Under the pieces are notes generated by a model. The model was not told where the DNA came from. It saw nothing but the letters and a program-made list of their open reading frames with translations, and searched no databases. A DNA stretch of 64,000 nt from Callorhinchus milii (lineage: Eukaryota), in contig NW_024704743.1 in assembly GCF_018977255.1 (NCBI RefSeq), positions 82,090,001-82,154,000 on the forward strand. Direction: 5' to 3'. Positions 10,113 to 22,245 of this stretch are shown here, one piece after another. Position 1 is the first letter of the stretch. Every line of letters begins with the position of its first letter. Made by a program: the position numbers and the translations under genes.

Positions 10113-12283
10113 ATCCTAGATATTTCACTTACCAAGTGAAATCTGACACCCTGGAGGCAGTATTTGAGTGCAACCAAGAGGAAACTGACTGAATTCAGTT
10201 TCTGCAATCAAATCCCAATCTGCCATTAGGGCAGGAATTCGACCCATGGATTTCCTCAGGTGATACAATTATGCCTGGAAAGGGGGAAGGGGTGAAAGGA
10301 GTCATTCCCCCTATGAAATAATCAAAACTCCCATAAATGTTTCTCTAATAATATAATTGGAAAACCCATTATTAGTCACGTGTGAAAGGTGGATAAAGTT
10401 AGCAACAATGAGAGAATAACTTTGTAACAGATTGTTCCCAATTTATAATAATCCTTCTCCTTTGTAAATAGCGTTAATTCACTGTAAGCATTTGTTCCAG
10501 GCAGACATGCCTTGTTCCTGTTGAAATTGACTTGGCTCCACAGAAACCCAGCTGCTTAATCTAATTGATACAAACTAGCTGATACAGAGGCCAGTATCCG
10601 ACTACCTCACTTGAAAGTGTTTGTAGGTTACTCAGGGCAGAATGTAGGACTATATCATCACCAGCACAGCGGTAACACATGGTTCGCTTTAGATGGACTT
10701 CCTCAGGGATAAAAATCAGGCATATCTCAAGACTTGCCTTTTTGAACCACATTTACATAACTTTTCCTCTCCCACCAACTTTGGCTCCCACCCCCATTTT
10801 GGATAGCCAACCTTATGTATAAGTCGCTATATTAATGTAAATTACATTGTATTAGTAGTAACTAACATCATAAGAGACGTACTCTTGCAGCTTGATATCC
10901 ATCACATCTTTTTGAATGCTGTTGTGTGATGTTAGGCATGAAATCTACTTAGCCTTGTGGTTATGCAGACCAGATGGAGAGACTATCTCAATAAAGGGCC
11001 ATGGCTTTGATGTAGTGAGATGCTAGTGAAATATGACCACAAGCAATCAGGCACCATCGCAGCCCTTCAAACATCTGTTTCCTAATTAATGCCAAAGTCA
11101 CAAATTTTTAATGTGATTGAGTGGGATTTTAGCTCAGTAATAACAGAGGCCTGAGTAATGATGGCCTAAATTCATATACACATATTGCAAGAAAAGTGCA
11201 GACACATACAGATATTTTGATCTCCAGGCCCCGTTTCGTCTATATTACCTGTACGGATGATACCTTTGCTGTAATATAACTCTTTACTGTTGTATTGTAT
11301 GGGACTTTTTTGTGAAGTGACTCACCAGGTATGTTGCGGGACAAAGGTAATGCTGAGGAACCCATTAACTGTAAAAAAACAAAGACATCACATTTGTTAA
11401 TAATAAGATCTGAAATCAATTGGAAACTTCAAAGTGGTGCAAGTTTGGTTGGTTTGGGGTTTACTTGCAAGATTTGTAGACAATTTGGTTTATATCCCCT
11501 TCAGGGTTTAATATGAAAATGCTCCACTCTGCACGGGCACTGCCATATGGCATAGTATTACAATGATGGTGAGTACAAGCGAGTCACTGACATCTATTAT
11601 TTCATCCAGTCTGATATTCTCTTCCGTAATCCAGGAACCCTGAGGACAATTGACATGCCACCTTGGCTGTGATCCACAAAGCTTTGATATTGCACCTTTG
11701 TGGACTGAAAATATGGTGTTGATTTGAATTGGAGGCATGGTCATGTTTCCATCCTCCGTACCCTGATTTGACTTCAGACTCTTAGGGGTTATTTGGGATA
11801 AAATGACATTTCTCATACAGGCGACTGTCTGGCAACAATAGGTAAGTAGCATGATAATGTTAGACCTTTAAGCATGCACAAAGCACCATTAGAAACTTAT
11901 TCTAATTCTTATTCTTGCAATCTCCACTAACTGCCGGTGTCAGAGACTGGAAGATCCACTTAAATCTCAGGCCACTAGTCTGTTACTGTTATTTCGATAG
12001 CAGAAACCCTTAAAATAAATTCCTAAAACTTTGCATGTGCACTGTGGCACTGTGGCACTGTGGCACTTTCTATGGCACTGCTTACTTACTGTCAGCAAGA
12101 AAATCCTCCCCCACTACTACTATCAACAGCAACTTGCAATTATGTAGCACCATTCAAGCAAGGTAGTATCCTAGAGTGGTGTGGAATCCCCAACACCGAT
12201 ATTTTGTTTGTTGGTGGTGGTTCCACCACCATATACCCTGCAAGGGAATTCCTGTAGATTCTGCCATGCAAGGGAATCCCTAT

Positions 12284-13056
12284 GGTGTCCTATAGCATAT
12301 TGGTTAGAGCACTCGTCTCACAGGTGAGAGGACCCGGGTTCAATTCCCGGATAGGATGAAACATAGAATTGCATAGAATTATATAGAATATACAGCACAG
12401 ATACAGGCCATTCATCCCAACTGGTCTATAATGGCACTTATGCTCCACATGAGTCTCCTCCTGCCCTTCCTCAACTACGTCTATCAGCATAACCTTCTAT
12501 TCCTTTCTCTCTCATGTACTTATCTAGCTTCCCCTTAAATGCATGTGTGCTATTCGCCTCAATTACTCCTTGTGGTAGCAAGTTCCACATTCCCACCACT
12601 CCCTGGGTAAAGAAGTTTCTTCTGACTTCCCTATTTGGTTTGTTATTGACTATTTTATATTGATGGGCACTGGTTTTGACAACAAAAACAACAACAAAAT
12701 TACATTTATATAGCAATTTGTACAATGCCTTGCAATTTTGTTGTTGTTGTTTCCACTTACTCTGTCAATGTTAGGCAAGTTTCCTTACTCCACCTGCTTA
12801 TGTTTACCTAGCAGTAAGCAGAAATCCGGTTGTTAGTCAATTGGAGGATCAGTTTTCCGGGGTTATAAGCCCTTAAACAAAAATCATAATTTGATCACTT
12901 AATCCACAACTGTTTGTGGGACACTGCTGTGCTGCCACGTTTCACCCACAAAATATACAATCAATTCGCTTTACAGTATATTCTGTGAAGCGTTTTGAGA
13001 CATCTCGAAAACATGATAAGGCATTATATTAAATGCATGGATTATATTATTATTAT
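12284..13056 (+). mobile_element. tRNA-derived SINE split by a CR1 fragment and paired L2 tails
   Basis: Head 12284-12362; resumes at 'ttaggcaagtttccttactcc' near 12771 and runs to the (TTA)n tail. Confidence 0.85.
12363..12680 (-). mobile_element. CR1 LINE 3' end
   Basis: ORF 12471-12725 peptide REVRRNFFTQGVVGMWNLLPQGVIEANSTHAFKGKLDKYMREKGIEGY; ATTCTAT-type tail repeats at left. Confidence 0.9.
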
Positions 13057-13569
13057 TCCAAAGTCTTTTTTGGTCTTAGAATTGGTGTATCAGGAAGCAA
13101 ACTGTATAAAGTTGGTTTCCTGTGTAGGTTTTTATTTGCCTAAATTTACCAGGATGCCAGCAGTGGCTCTTGCACTGAGCATACAGATAAAATAATTAAC
13201 CCCAGCGAAAATTAATGTCAATTTTTATTTACAGATTTCAAAACATTTCATACTTTACACCGGTGGTAATTAGTACAAAGACTGGGTTAAGGAACGTTAA
13301 AGGTTTCACCCCAATCTAAGAGAATGATGGAATGAAGGCAGTGTGGAGACTTCTTGAAGTCTCAGAAATTAGAAGATCAAAGGACAGGAAGGGACAATAA
13401 AATGTAAGCAGCACTGTATTTAATTTTTCTAGAAAAGTTACAGATTTTACATGGCCAGATGATGTTGGACAAGTTTCATTTTTGAAGCACTACTTCTTGT
13501 GTTTATGGTGACCTATGTTATTAGAGAAAATAACTAAACTGTGCTTGTCAGATGTCCCTGTGGCTAACT

Positions 13570-13960
13570 AATAACTATCCTGTTTGAGAGGGGGGTGGAG
13601 GGTTGGGGAGATAACCCACTGAGGTTGAGCTGGCTCCACAAGGACACATCTGGCAAGGCAATACTGGAATTGAGTAGATCATCCATGACAATCTCAAGCC
13701 TGGTTCCAGAGGCAGCCAGGTACGCAGAGCATGGCTGATAACAGACTAGCCAGCCTAGAACCGACCAGTCGCTGTGGACTGAGATTCTTTCCACTTTGCT
13801 CCTGATAATCCTGCAAATCAAAACCCGAAGATATAGCATGGTCCTACTCAACAAGCAGCAGGAAACTTGCCAGTGCTCTCATTGGTAGACTGCACGGTTT
13901 TGTCTGCTTAAACTTCAGCAGTTCTCTAAGTACACACCAAACATATGTGGAACTCTAAGT
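13570..13960 (+). mobile_element. RTE-like LINE fragment
   Basis: Shares 'cctgcaaatcaaa', 'ggtcctact' and 'caagcagcaggaaacttgcc' with the 19970(-), 44140 and 58163 copies. Confidence 0.55.
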
Positions 13961-14589
13961 TGTTTGGTTTGGAAACTGATAACAACAAATTACATGTGTA
14001 TGGTGATGGATTTTATATATATATGTCAAATACCCAACTGGATAGGAATTGATGAATAAGATTCACTAACCAAGTCATTAAAGTTCTCAAAATAATATAA
14101 CAATGTAATCAGTATCTGTCAGTTGCTGCAGGAAGAAAGAAATTGCAATTTTATAGCATCTTTCACATGAAAATGGCTTAAAGTGGTTCACAGTACATCT
14201 TGTTCAGTGTAGTGAGCTACTGACCCACTTGCAAGAGAGTTCTACTAACTGAGCTAAATAGGCTCAGAATGCACACCTTACAGAATAAACTTGCGTGACA
14301 ATATTATCTAAGAAGATTTACACTTCACCTTTTCGTATTCCTAAAATCAGTTTTTAAAGTTTTATTAATCACCATGCAAAAAACTTCAGCTCAGGTGGAA
14401 CTCCATGACCCAGATTCTCTTCTGCACCAGGCTTCATTTGCCCATCACCACCATCCTCACCAGGCTACAGTGGCTCCTCAATGACACCTTATCCCATTGG
14501 AGAGCACTACTGGACATCTGAATAATGCAGAGATCCTTGTAGTAAATGACCAGTAAGGTACTCAGTAAAGGAGTTAAAGTACTCTCTAA

Positions 14590-15270
14590 CCCCATTCCAT
14601 GCCAACTGCTTGTAAAAAGTTCTTCTACTTTAATTCCAAAGCTTTCTCCACAGGTGTCCTAGTCAACAACCCCCCAGATAATATTGGTCATTCAATTCAT
14701 AGCTGTCTCTGTGACATTTGGTGTGGAATGGGGTTAAGGGGACTTTACTGCATGGATCTCTTGCCATTATTCAAATGCCTGATCCATGATGCTCTCCAAT
14801 CAGATTGTGTCTGCCAAGTCGAGCCTGATAAGATTCTATATCAAACAAAACGATTAATATTATATTATTATTTCAGAGGTCAGCATAGTAACCACTCTCC
14901 TCATTCCGCATTCATAAATGATGTTAAACAAACATTGTACATTAGTAAATTAATGCTTCTCAACAATGAATTCATTTGATCCTTGTGCAGCAAGTCATTC
15001 AGCCTGTTGACGAGAGTTTTAGCCAGGATTATAGAGTTCACAATTCAGCAATGAGATCAAACTATAGGGGACTGTTTGTGGATCTTTGTCCTTCTTTGGA
15101 ATGATAAATATAACAGCATCTCCCATGCAGGTGTCTTTCTCATCTAAGTGATCCACTCATTTCTAACTTATATGGGTCATCTTAGCTGACAAGGCAAAGA
15201 TTTCATTTAAAATTCATATGGGTAATAAGGTTTACATTGTTTTAATGGCTATCAAATTTCTTCTTGATAT
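14590..15270 (-). mobile_element. Degraded L1/Tx1-clade reverse transcriptase fragment
   Basis: Minus-strand AVIFIIPKKDKDP, YSLISLLN, ILAKTLVNRLN and NVQCLFNII pieces, and a degenerate QGCPLSP-like motif near 14730-14760. Confidence 0.65.
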
Positions 15271-16166
15271 ACTAATGTTTAGTAATCCACAAGCGGATTG
15301 GACTATCCTTTCTAAACAAATCTTTTAAAGCTTTTCATAGTTTTAAATAAACAACGGCAATCCAGCACCCCTCACACAGGATAGTGATTCAGAGCGCTGA
15401 GCAGATGTTTTTGTGGAAGTATAGGTGACCTTTCTACTTTTGCATTCTAAACTCGGGATTAAGCAGTTGCTTCCCAATTTGCTGGTATTACTGCAGATTT
15501 ACAATCATAATTTTGACACAGCACCTATAACATCAAAATGTCTCAAAGCGCTTTACAAATAATTCTTTTGAAATGTAATGACTGCATTTTGTACGCAAAT
15601 GTGGCAGCCAATTTGCAAACAGCAATTTCCAGAGACAGCCAAGATGTACATGGGCAATTTTATCTGGAGGTCACCAGGAAAATTCACTTCTCCTTTTGAA
15701 TTAAGAAAAGAATATAGAAACAACAACAGATCAATCAGTTCATCCAGCAAGTCTATCATCTGGGTCCTACTTTGGAAGCTAAAATGACCACATCTCACCC
15801 ACATCTCTCCACAATATGACCCCCTCCCCTCACTGCTGAATCAGGATTCTGTCAAATCCCTATTTGGATGTTTTAATTGAGCCAGCATTTAATTTCCTTG
15901 GCAGTCAATAGATTCCATAAGAGTCGTAAGTCAACAACTCTTACGCCCAGTTTGAACTGCTGAAAATAATTTGTTTTGATTTCTAGCAACAGAGCGACTA
16001 ACAGCACAAAGCCTGACTGATACATCCTGTTCTGAATCGCTTGCCCCAATCTAGCTCAAATACCTCTCATTTGGATCACAATCCCTTTCTCCCAAAACAT
16101 TATTTTCTAATGAGAGACGATTTAAATTCTTACAGTTCTCAAAATACCTCAGAGACTGAAACTTGA

Positions 16167-16386
16167 GGCCTGAAATGGACTAGTCTTAAGACTATTGTCT
16201 TAAATTTTAGATTGTGCAGAAATATAGAAAACTCTTAAATTCTGTCTTAACTTTATTTAAGCATATTCTACCGATTTTGTTTTGAGGTGGTCCACAAAAA
16301 CAGCTTCCAAGTCAAGACGGAATTAAAGCTTTTCCAAAATCTTAAGACAATGGTCTTACGGCGAAAGCAATGAGAAATTTCAGACC
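16167..16386. mobile_element. MITE-like imperfect palindrome (Harbinger-like ends)
   Basis: GGCCTGAAAT and ATTTCAGACC termini; internal inverted 'taagactattgtcttaa' / 'ttaagacaatggtctta'. Confidence 0.55.
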
Positions 16387-16464
16387 ACTGAAAATATTGT
16401 TACTTGCTCTGCTCTAAAATCTTTCCATTGCCACTATGAATTTACACCTTTGATAATTAGAAGC

Positions 16465-16930
16465 ATAGGCATATAGGAATAGGAAGAACATATTCAGCCT
16501 ATTGAAGCTGTGCAACCAGTTTATTAAAAGCTGGCAGATCTTTAATTCCAATACCTCATCCTTTTGTCATACCCCTCAATACCTCTGCTCCCCAAGTATC
16601 TGTCTTTCTCTCTGTTAGACAGCCATATTGATTCCTACTCTACAGCTTTCTGGGGCAGAGGATCTTCACTGCCTGATGAAATTCTTCCTGACTGCAGTTC
16701 TAATTGTCTTGGTTTCTGATATGAAGTCTATACCCCCTTGTAATGGATCCCTCTACCAAAGGGAAGAGTTGATCACTGTCTAAATTGTTATTCTAAATAC
16801 ACCAATCAAATCAAAGGAATATAATCCCATTCTATCAGGCCCCAGGATACTCTCCAAGGCTAATATCCTCCAAAGATTGTGTGCTCAGAACTAAACACTG
16901 TACTCCAAATGAGATCTCTAAATAACTGGA
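16465..16930 (-). mobile_element. Degraded CR1 3' fragment
   Basis: Reverse CR1 tail and 'cagaactaaacactgtactccaaatg' (HLEYSVxFW-like on minus strand). Confidence 0.65.
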
Positions 16931-18299
16931 AAATAAACACCTTAATTTCTTATTCCATAAAAGTATAGCGGAGAGCTCAATACCACACCGATTGGGAGCA
17001 GCTCCATTATGAATATGAAAACAGTGCTGATATCACGTCTTTTTGTATTTGTTTGCATGTGTGTCTCTCTCCTCTTCTCTATCTATTTCTGGTGTGCTTA
17101 TGTTTGTGTATGTATCTATCTGTATGTGTCTCTCTTTCTATCTGTGGATTAGATCCCTCCACTTCACGCTGCTTGAGCAAAATCATGTAGCTTGTTACAA
17201 TGCCAAACCTCACAATTCAACTTTATCTCCACATCTGAGACCAATCTGCTTCGTGGATAAACAAAGTTCTGATGTATAACTGTTGCATTGGAAGCAATTC
17301 TCAACATGTAGTCCAGTCTCACCATTGCTTGCGAAGAGAGATGAAATTTGCAACCTTTCATGATGTTGCATCACAAGGAATGCGATAAGAAATTTCACAG
17401 ATTCCATCTCCGAGTGGACAGAGTCACCCACGTACAAGTATCTGATTACTCTTTGTCTTGGCATACTTCCTCACTAAAAGAGTGACTCTCTTAAGGATTA
17501 CAATGTGCCTTGCCAAATTAGTGCAAAAATATTGTTTGGAATCTGACATTTGGCACAAACATATATCACAATGTGATTTTGCAATGGCATTTTTATGAGC
17601 TTTGCTACCAAGTAATGGGAGCAGAGACAAGGAGATGCTCTTCGATACTGTAGAAGCCCAATTCAAGATTCATTATAACACAGGTTTGAACCCCAACACT
17701 TACCAAAAAATCCAAAATTCTAATGGAATTTTGCACAGACACAAATGGTTTTGCTCTCATCACACTGCGTATGTCATTGATTCTGATCATCAGAAATTCC
17801 AATCTCATCTATGCAAAGGTAAATGCCAGGCGAGTTCACCCACAAAACACACAGTTATTATAGTTTACAGTATATGCTGGAAAACATATTGGGATGTCCT
17901 CCCAGTGTGGAATGTCCTTCATCAAATGTAAGGATTACAATTAATATTATTATAATTATTATTAAATGAGAGTTCCAAATACAAAAAGGATTCTCCCAAA
18001 TTTGGTGCCAGGAAAATCGGCCATTGTTTCGTTCTGAATTGCCCTATAGAGGCAGGTTTCCCTCAGGCTGCAAACTCATCATGTAAAAGAAGAATATATG
18101 ATACTACTTGGCACTCATTGAAGCTCTAAATCAGAATGTAATGTGACAACTCAATGTGCTGACAGACTTTGGTCAAACAAATATTTTCTTTATTTTTTAT
18201 GGGTTAACATTTTAGACATAAAAGACAGAGACCTTGAATTATTTGGATTTAAGGCGGAAATTAGCTTGAGTTAGAAATTCTAAGCATAATAATATAATG

Positions 18300-18515
18300 A
18301 TTCCTACATTTAATGTAGAACCTTTCATGTCTACAAGTCTCAGAGGTAATTGCTGGCAAGTGTAGTGACTGTATTTGCAGGCAAATGGGGCAGCCATTTG
18401 CACTTGGCAAGGTTCCAATGTGTCAAATCATAACCAATATATCTGGAGCATTGTTGGCCAGGACCACCTTCTGACCCAGAGGCAAATGTGCTACCAACTG
18501 AGCCAAGCTGACACT
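18300..18515 (-). mobile_element. Deu-domain SINE, internally deleted
   Basis: Reverse head 'cttctgacccagaggcaaatgtgctaccaactgagccaagctgac' and 'ggcagccatttgcac'. Confidence 0.7.
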
Positions 18516-19139
18516 CAAAACCCAGTTTGTTTTCTCTTTTCCAGAGAAACATCTGGGCTGCTTTGGTGTTATTTTTCAAATGATATTTTCACTGTGTAGA
18601 AAGTGCTTTGTTACTTTGTCCCATTATTTCCTGAAGCTTATTTCCGAGAGACGTGCAAATTAACCTCTGATCTGCACCTCATTATATGATGACGTGTTCA
18701 TCTCTCTGTGAGACGTATCACTTTTAAACTTAACATTGTTATTATTCACAAGAGGCACATTTTATCTACCCGAAATATAGGAGGGGGTCTGAGAAATGGT
18801 GTAGTATTTGATTACAGGGCTGGTAAAGCTTAAACTGTAGGATACTGTACTGCCAAAAAAAGATAGAAAATTACATGTCAACAAAACTGAGTTAATATGG
18901 GAAGACGGGACTGGCAGTCTGGTTAGTAACAAGAATAATGGTCAATGCTATAGTAACAAAACCAGGGAAATAGGGTAGTCAACATATAATAGGATGTAAC
19001 ATAGTGATTTGTAATATGATTCCTCACTATGAATAATTCTTACATTTGATATTGTGCCTTTCATCTTGGGAGGATTCTCAAAGTGCATCACAGTGCATAC
19101 TGTAAAATAGGATAACTGTACCTTGTGCACAGCAATATC

Positions 19140-19720
19140 ATAGAATCGTAGAATGATATACTATTAAGGCACAGAAGGAGGCCATTCGACGCATCATGCC
19201 TATGCCAGCTCTTTGGAAGAGCTACCCAATCAGTCCTATTTCCCTGCTCTTTCCCCATATCCTTATAATTTTTTTCCTTTTCAAGTACCTATCCAATTCC
19301 CTTTTGAAAGTTGTTATTCAATCTGTTTCCACCACCCTTTCAGGCAGTGCATTTCAGTCTGTAACAACTCTCTGTGTAAACAATTTCTCCTCATCTCCCC
19401 TATGGTTCTTTTGCCAATTATCTTAAATCTATGTTCTCCTGGTTAACGATCCACCTGCCAGTTTCTTCCTATCAACTCTTATCAAAATTTTGAACACCTC
19501 TATTAAATCTCCCTTTAACTTTCTCTGCTCTAAGGAGAACAATCCCAACTTGTCTAGTTGCTCCACATGACTAAAGTCCCTTATCCCTGGTTCCATTCTG
19601 GACTTGGGTATAGAGAGAGCAGTGGACCTAATACCGAGCTCTGGGGGACACCACTGTATACTTCCCTCCTTTCGGAAACTCAACTATTCACCACTAACCT
19701 CTTCTTTCTGTCTCTCAGTT
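19140..19720 (-). mobile_element. CR1 LINE fragment with internal deletion
   Basis: Peptides LDKLGLFSLEQRKLKGDLIEVFKI and an SGVPQ-like RT piece; 3' tail at left. Confidence 0.88.
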
Positions 19721-19969
19721 AATATTATATAGTTAAATGTCCATGAGATGTAATACTAATACAAGATTTGATTGTTATGTGTGCTCAAACCTTTCAGCTG
19801 AAACCAACATAAAAGTTGAGTCAATATGTTATTTGCACAATGAATTACATTGATTGGCAGAATAATCCAAAGTATCTCAGAAAAATAAATAAATTCTGAG
19901 AGTTTTTAAGGAGAGTTTTTTAAAAATAAAATGTTTGATTATATCTAGGATGTATTGAATATGATTGTT

Positions 19970-20740
19970 ATTGATTGTTATTGATTGATCGATCAATCGA
20001 TCAATTGAATGGTCTATCAGCCAGGTACCTTACATGCGGAAACCCATCATCATGCTTAAGAGTATCCAAATCAGACTGAAAGTTCCATGCATCCTACCTA
20101 CACATGGAAATGCCAGAGATAGATTGTTGGAATTGAATGCACACTCTCTCCCTGGAGGGACATATCCTGTTTACCTAATTCCAGAAAATATTAGGCACAG
20201 GCTGGCAGGAGCCAAGGTTTGGGGACCCCAGTGTGTGCTTTGGGCTATTTCTGGAGAGTCCAACCAGCTAAAACCACAAAGCTTTTCAATGGTAGCATGT
20301 CTGGCAAGCTTTCCTGCTGCTTGTCCAGCTAGGATCACCCTACTTATTAGGGCTTTGGCTTGCAGGTGTTAACATAAGCTGAGTGGGAGGAATCCCTGCC
20401 TCCTGACTGGTCTTCCCTTTATGCCGATGAGCCAGCCTGGTTGTGCTGTCATCACCAGTGCACTGAAGTACCGTGAACCCGCCTGGAACCGGACTACTGA
20501 GACCGCGACAGAGGGCTGGCTTGATTCCGACATTCTGTTGCCAAACATGTCACTTTAAAGCCAGTTCAGCTTCCTTCCAAAGAGGACGGTCATAAGTTGG
20601 TCATTTGACATCCGACAAACGCGGGTTTGAGCTATCACTGGGTGGATGGTAGGTATACCCAGCAAGCTTCCTGGTGAGTAATACAGCTCAGTATGAAATG
20701 TGTGAGAGCATTGTCATCATCTTCTTGTCTGCAGCTCACG
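19970..20740 (-). mobile_element. RTE-like LINE 3' end with long 3' UTR and simple-repeat tail (longest copy)
   Basis: Minus-strand GIPTIHPVIAQ-TR-VCRMSNDQLM-TVLFG...SDM resembles the RTE ORF C-terminus with small deletions; ends in gatc/caataa simple repeats. Confidence 0.6.
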
Positions 20741-21145
20741 TCCCTTCCTATTGAGCTATGATATTTAGAAAAGTTCAGTTTGAAGTAAATTGCATGGTCT
20801 TAGATGTTCTCTAGACACTTTGTAATTCTATGTATAACTTACATCTTAAAAGTTACCCCAAACCACAAGGAAAACATTGCACTTACTGAAATGTAACTAA
20901 ATAGCTCCTGACAGTAATGGTACATACAAAACTTTAAGGGTAAGATGTTTTACACAGGCCCACAACAGTCCGACCACAGGAATGTTTGCTTGTTTCAATG
21001 AACCCAAATGACTTACTAGAAAATAATTAAACTGATTCTAATCTTCCTTCTAAGCTGTGTCAAAATCTCTGCATCCATTGTTCTGTAATTGTGCTATTTA
21101 CAAATGAAACTGAGCAGTTCACTACCAAATTCCACGGAGAATTCA

Positions 21146-21580
21146 TTACAAACCTGTCTTCAACAACCACTGAGGGAAGTAGACCAAAGTAGCTTTTATA
21201 AAAAAATGGTCTCTGAGTAATGGTTTGTTGGTGTGTGAACAAGGTGGACCTTCAACCTCTTTGCCCCCACTCTCTGGAACTCCATCCCACAGTCCCTCCG
21301 CCTTGCCCCTTTCCTTGCCTCCTTCAAGGCCAGTCAGGACCTCCTCTTCGACCGTGCCTTCAGTTAGTCTTCTACCCCTACTCTCCCTGCCCTCAACTCC
21401 TCCTGATCCCAACCACCAGCTTGGGTGCGGATCCCTGACTGTCCAGTGCCTTGGGACATCCTCCTGATGTGAAAGGCGCTATACAAATGTAATTTGCTGT
21501 TATTGTTATTGTTGTCCCAGCTGTTGTTAACAGGAGGTGGTTGCTGAATAGAGGTGGTTGCTTGAACAGGTTTGACTGTA
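21146..21580. mobile_element. Tigger-type MITE interrupted by an L2 3' end (~21235-21515, +)
   Basis: Right end 'ggtggttgcttgaacaggtttgactg|TA'; partial left end 'caaacctgtcttcaacaaccac'; L2 tail 'gtgaaaggcgctatacaaatgtaat'. Confidence 0.65.
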
Positions 21581-21789
21581 TTGCAGTTAATTCAGAAAAA
21601 GAAATCACCACCCCGAGCTTTGCCAAAGTTCTTTTATGGCTGGGGGTTTGCTTTTGGGTTGGTTTTTGGCCCTAAAAGCCCAACGAAACAGGCATTGCCA
21701 GCCTCCAGGAGCCTGGGTTTATTTTCATGCACTTTTACCTAAATTTAGCAATGAGTTTGGTTAGTGTATCACACAATTTCAGTCAGAAA

Positions 21790-22245
21790 ACAGAGGTCAC
21801 AATTATCGCAGACAATAGAAGAGAGAGACAACATAGGATGATGGAGAGAAAATAAAAGGAAGAGACACACAACAGAGGACAAAAGAGAAAGAGCAAGAGA
21901 GACAACACAGGAGGGAGAGACGACAAGAGTGAGAAAAAACAGCAGAGAAAAAATATATAGCATAATTAGCAAGAGAAGGGGAAGCAAAATAACATAAAAA
22001 AGTATGAAGTGAGAATATGGGAAAGGGGAACCAAAGAGATTGTAAATAGTACGTATAATAACAAAGTGGGGAGGAAAAAGAGTAGTGTTGGAGGGAGATG
22101 GAGAGAAATAATGCAATCAAACAAGGAGAGAAATAGGAGAAAGAGGAAGGAAGAAATACCCAGAAGAGAAAGAAAGTTAAGTTAAAAGAGAATTATAGCA
22201 AAGTAAAATGGGAGCGAGAAAAAACTAACTAGAAGCAGAAAGGAT
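21790..22245 (+). repeat. Purine-rich (GA) low-complexity tract
   Basis: About 450 bp dominated by A/G; stops in all three plus frames. Confidence 0.85.

Noticed and set aside
10133..10201. Possible minus-strand exon ending TTG|GTAAGT
   Set aside because: Poor polypyrimidine tract and unrecognisable peptide.
11225..11275. Penelope RT-like peptide ITCTDDTFAV
   Set aside because: Too short and degenerate; no flanking RT motifs found.
21769..22120. Hydrophobic minus-strand ORFs resembling membrane proteins
   Set aside because: Translation artefact of the GA-rich low-complexity tract.
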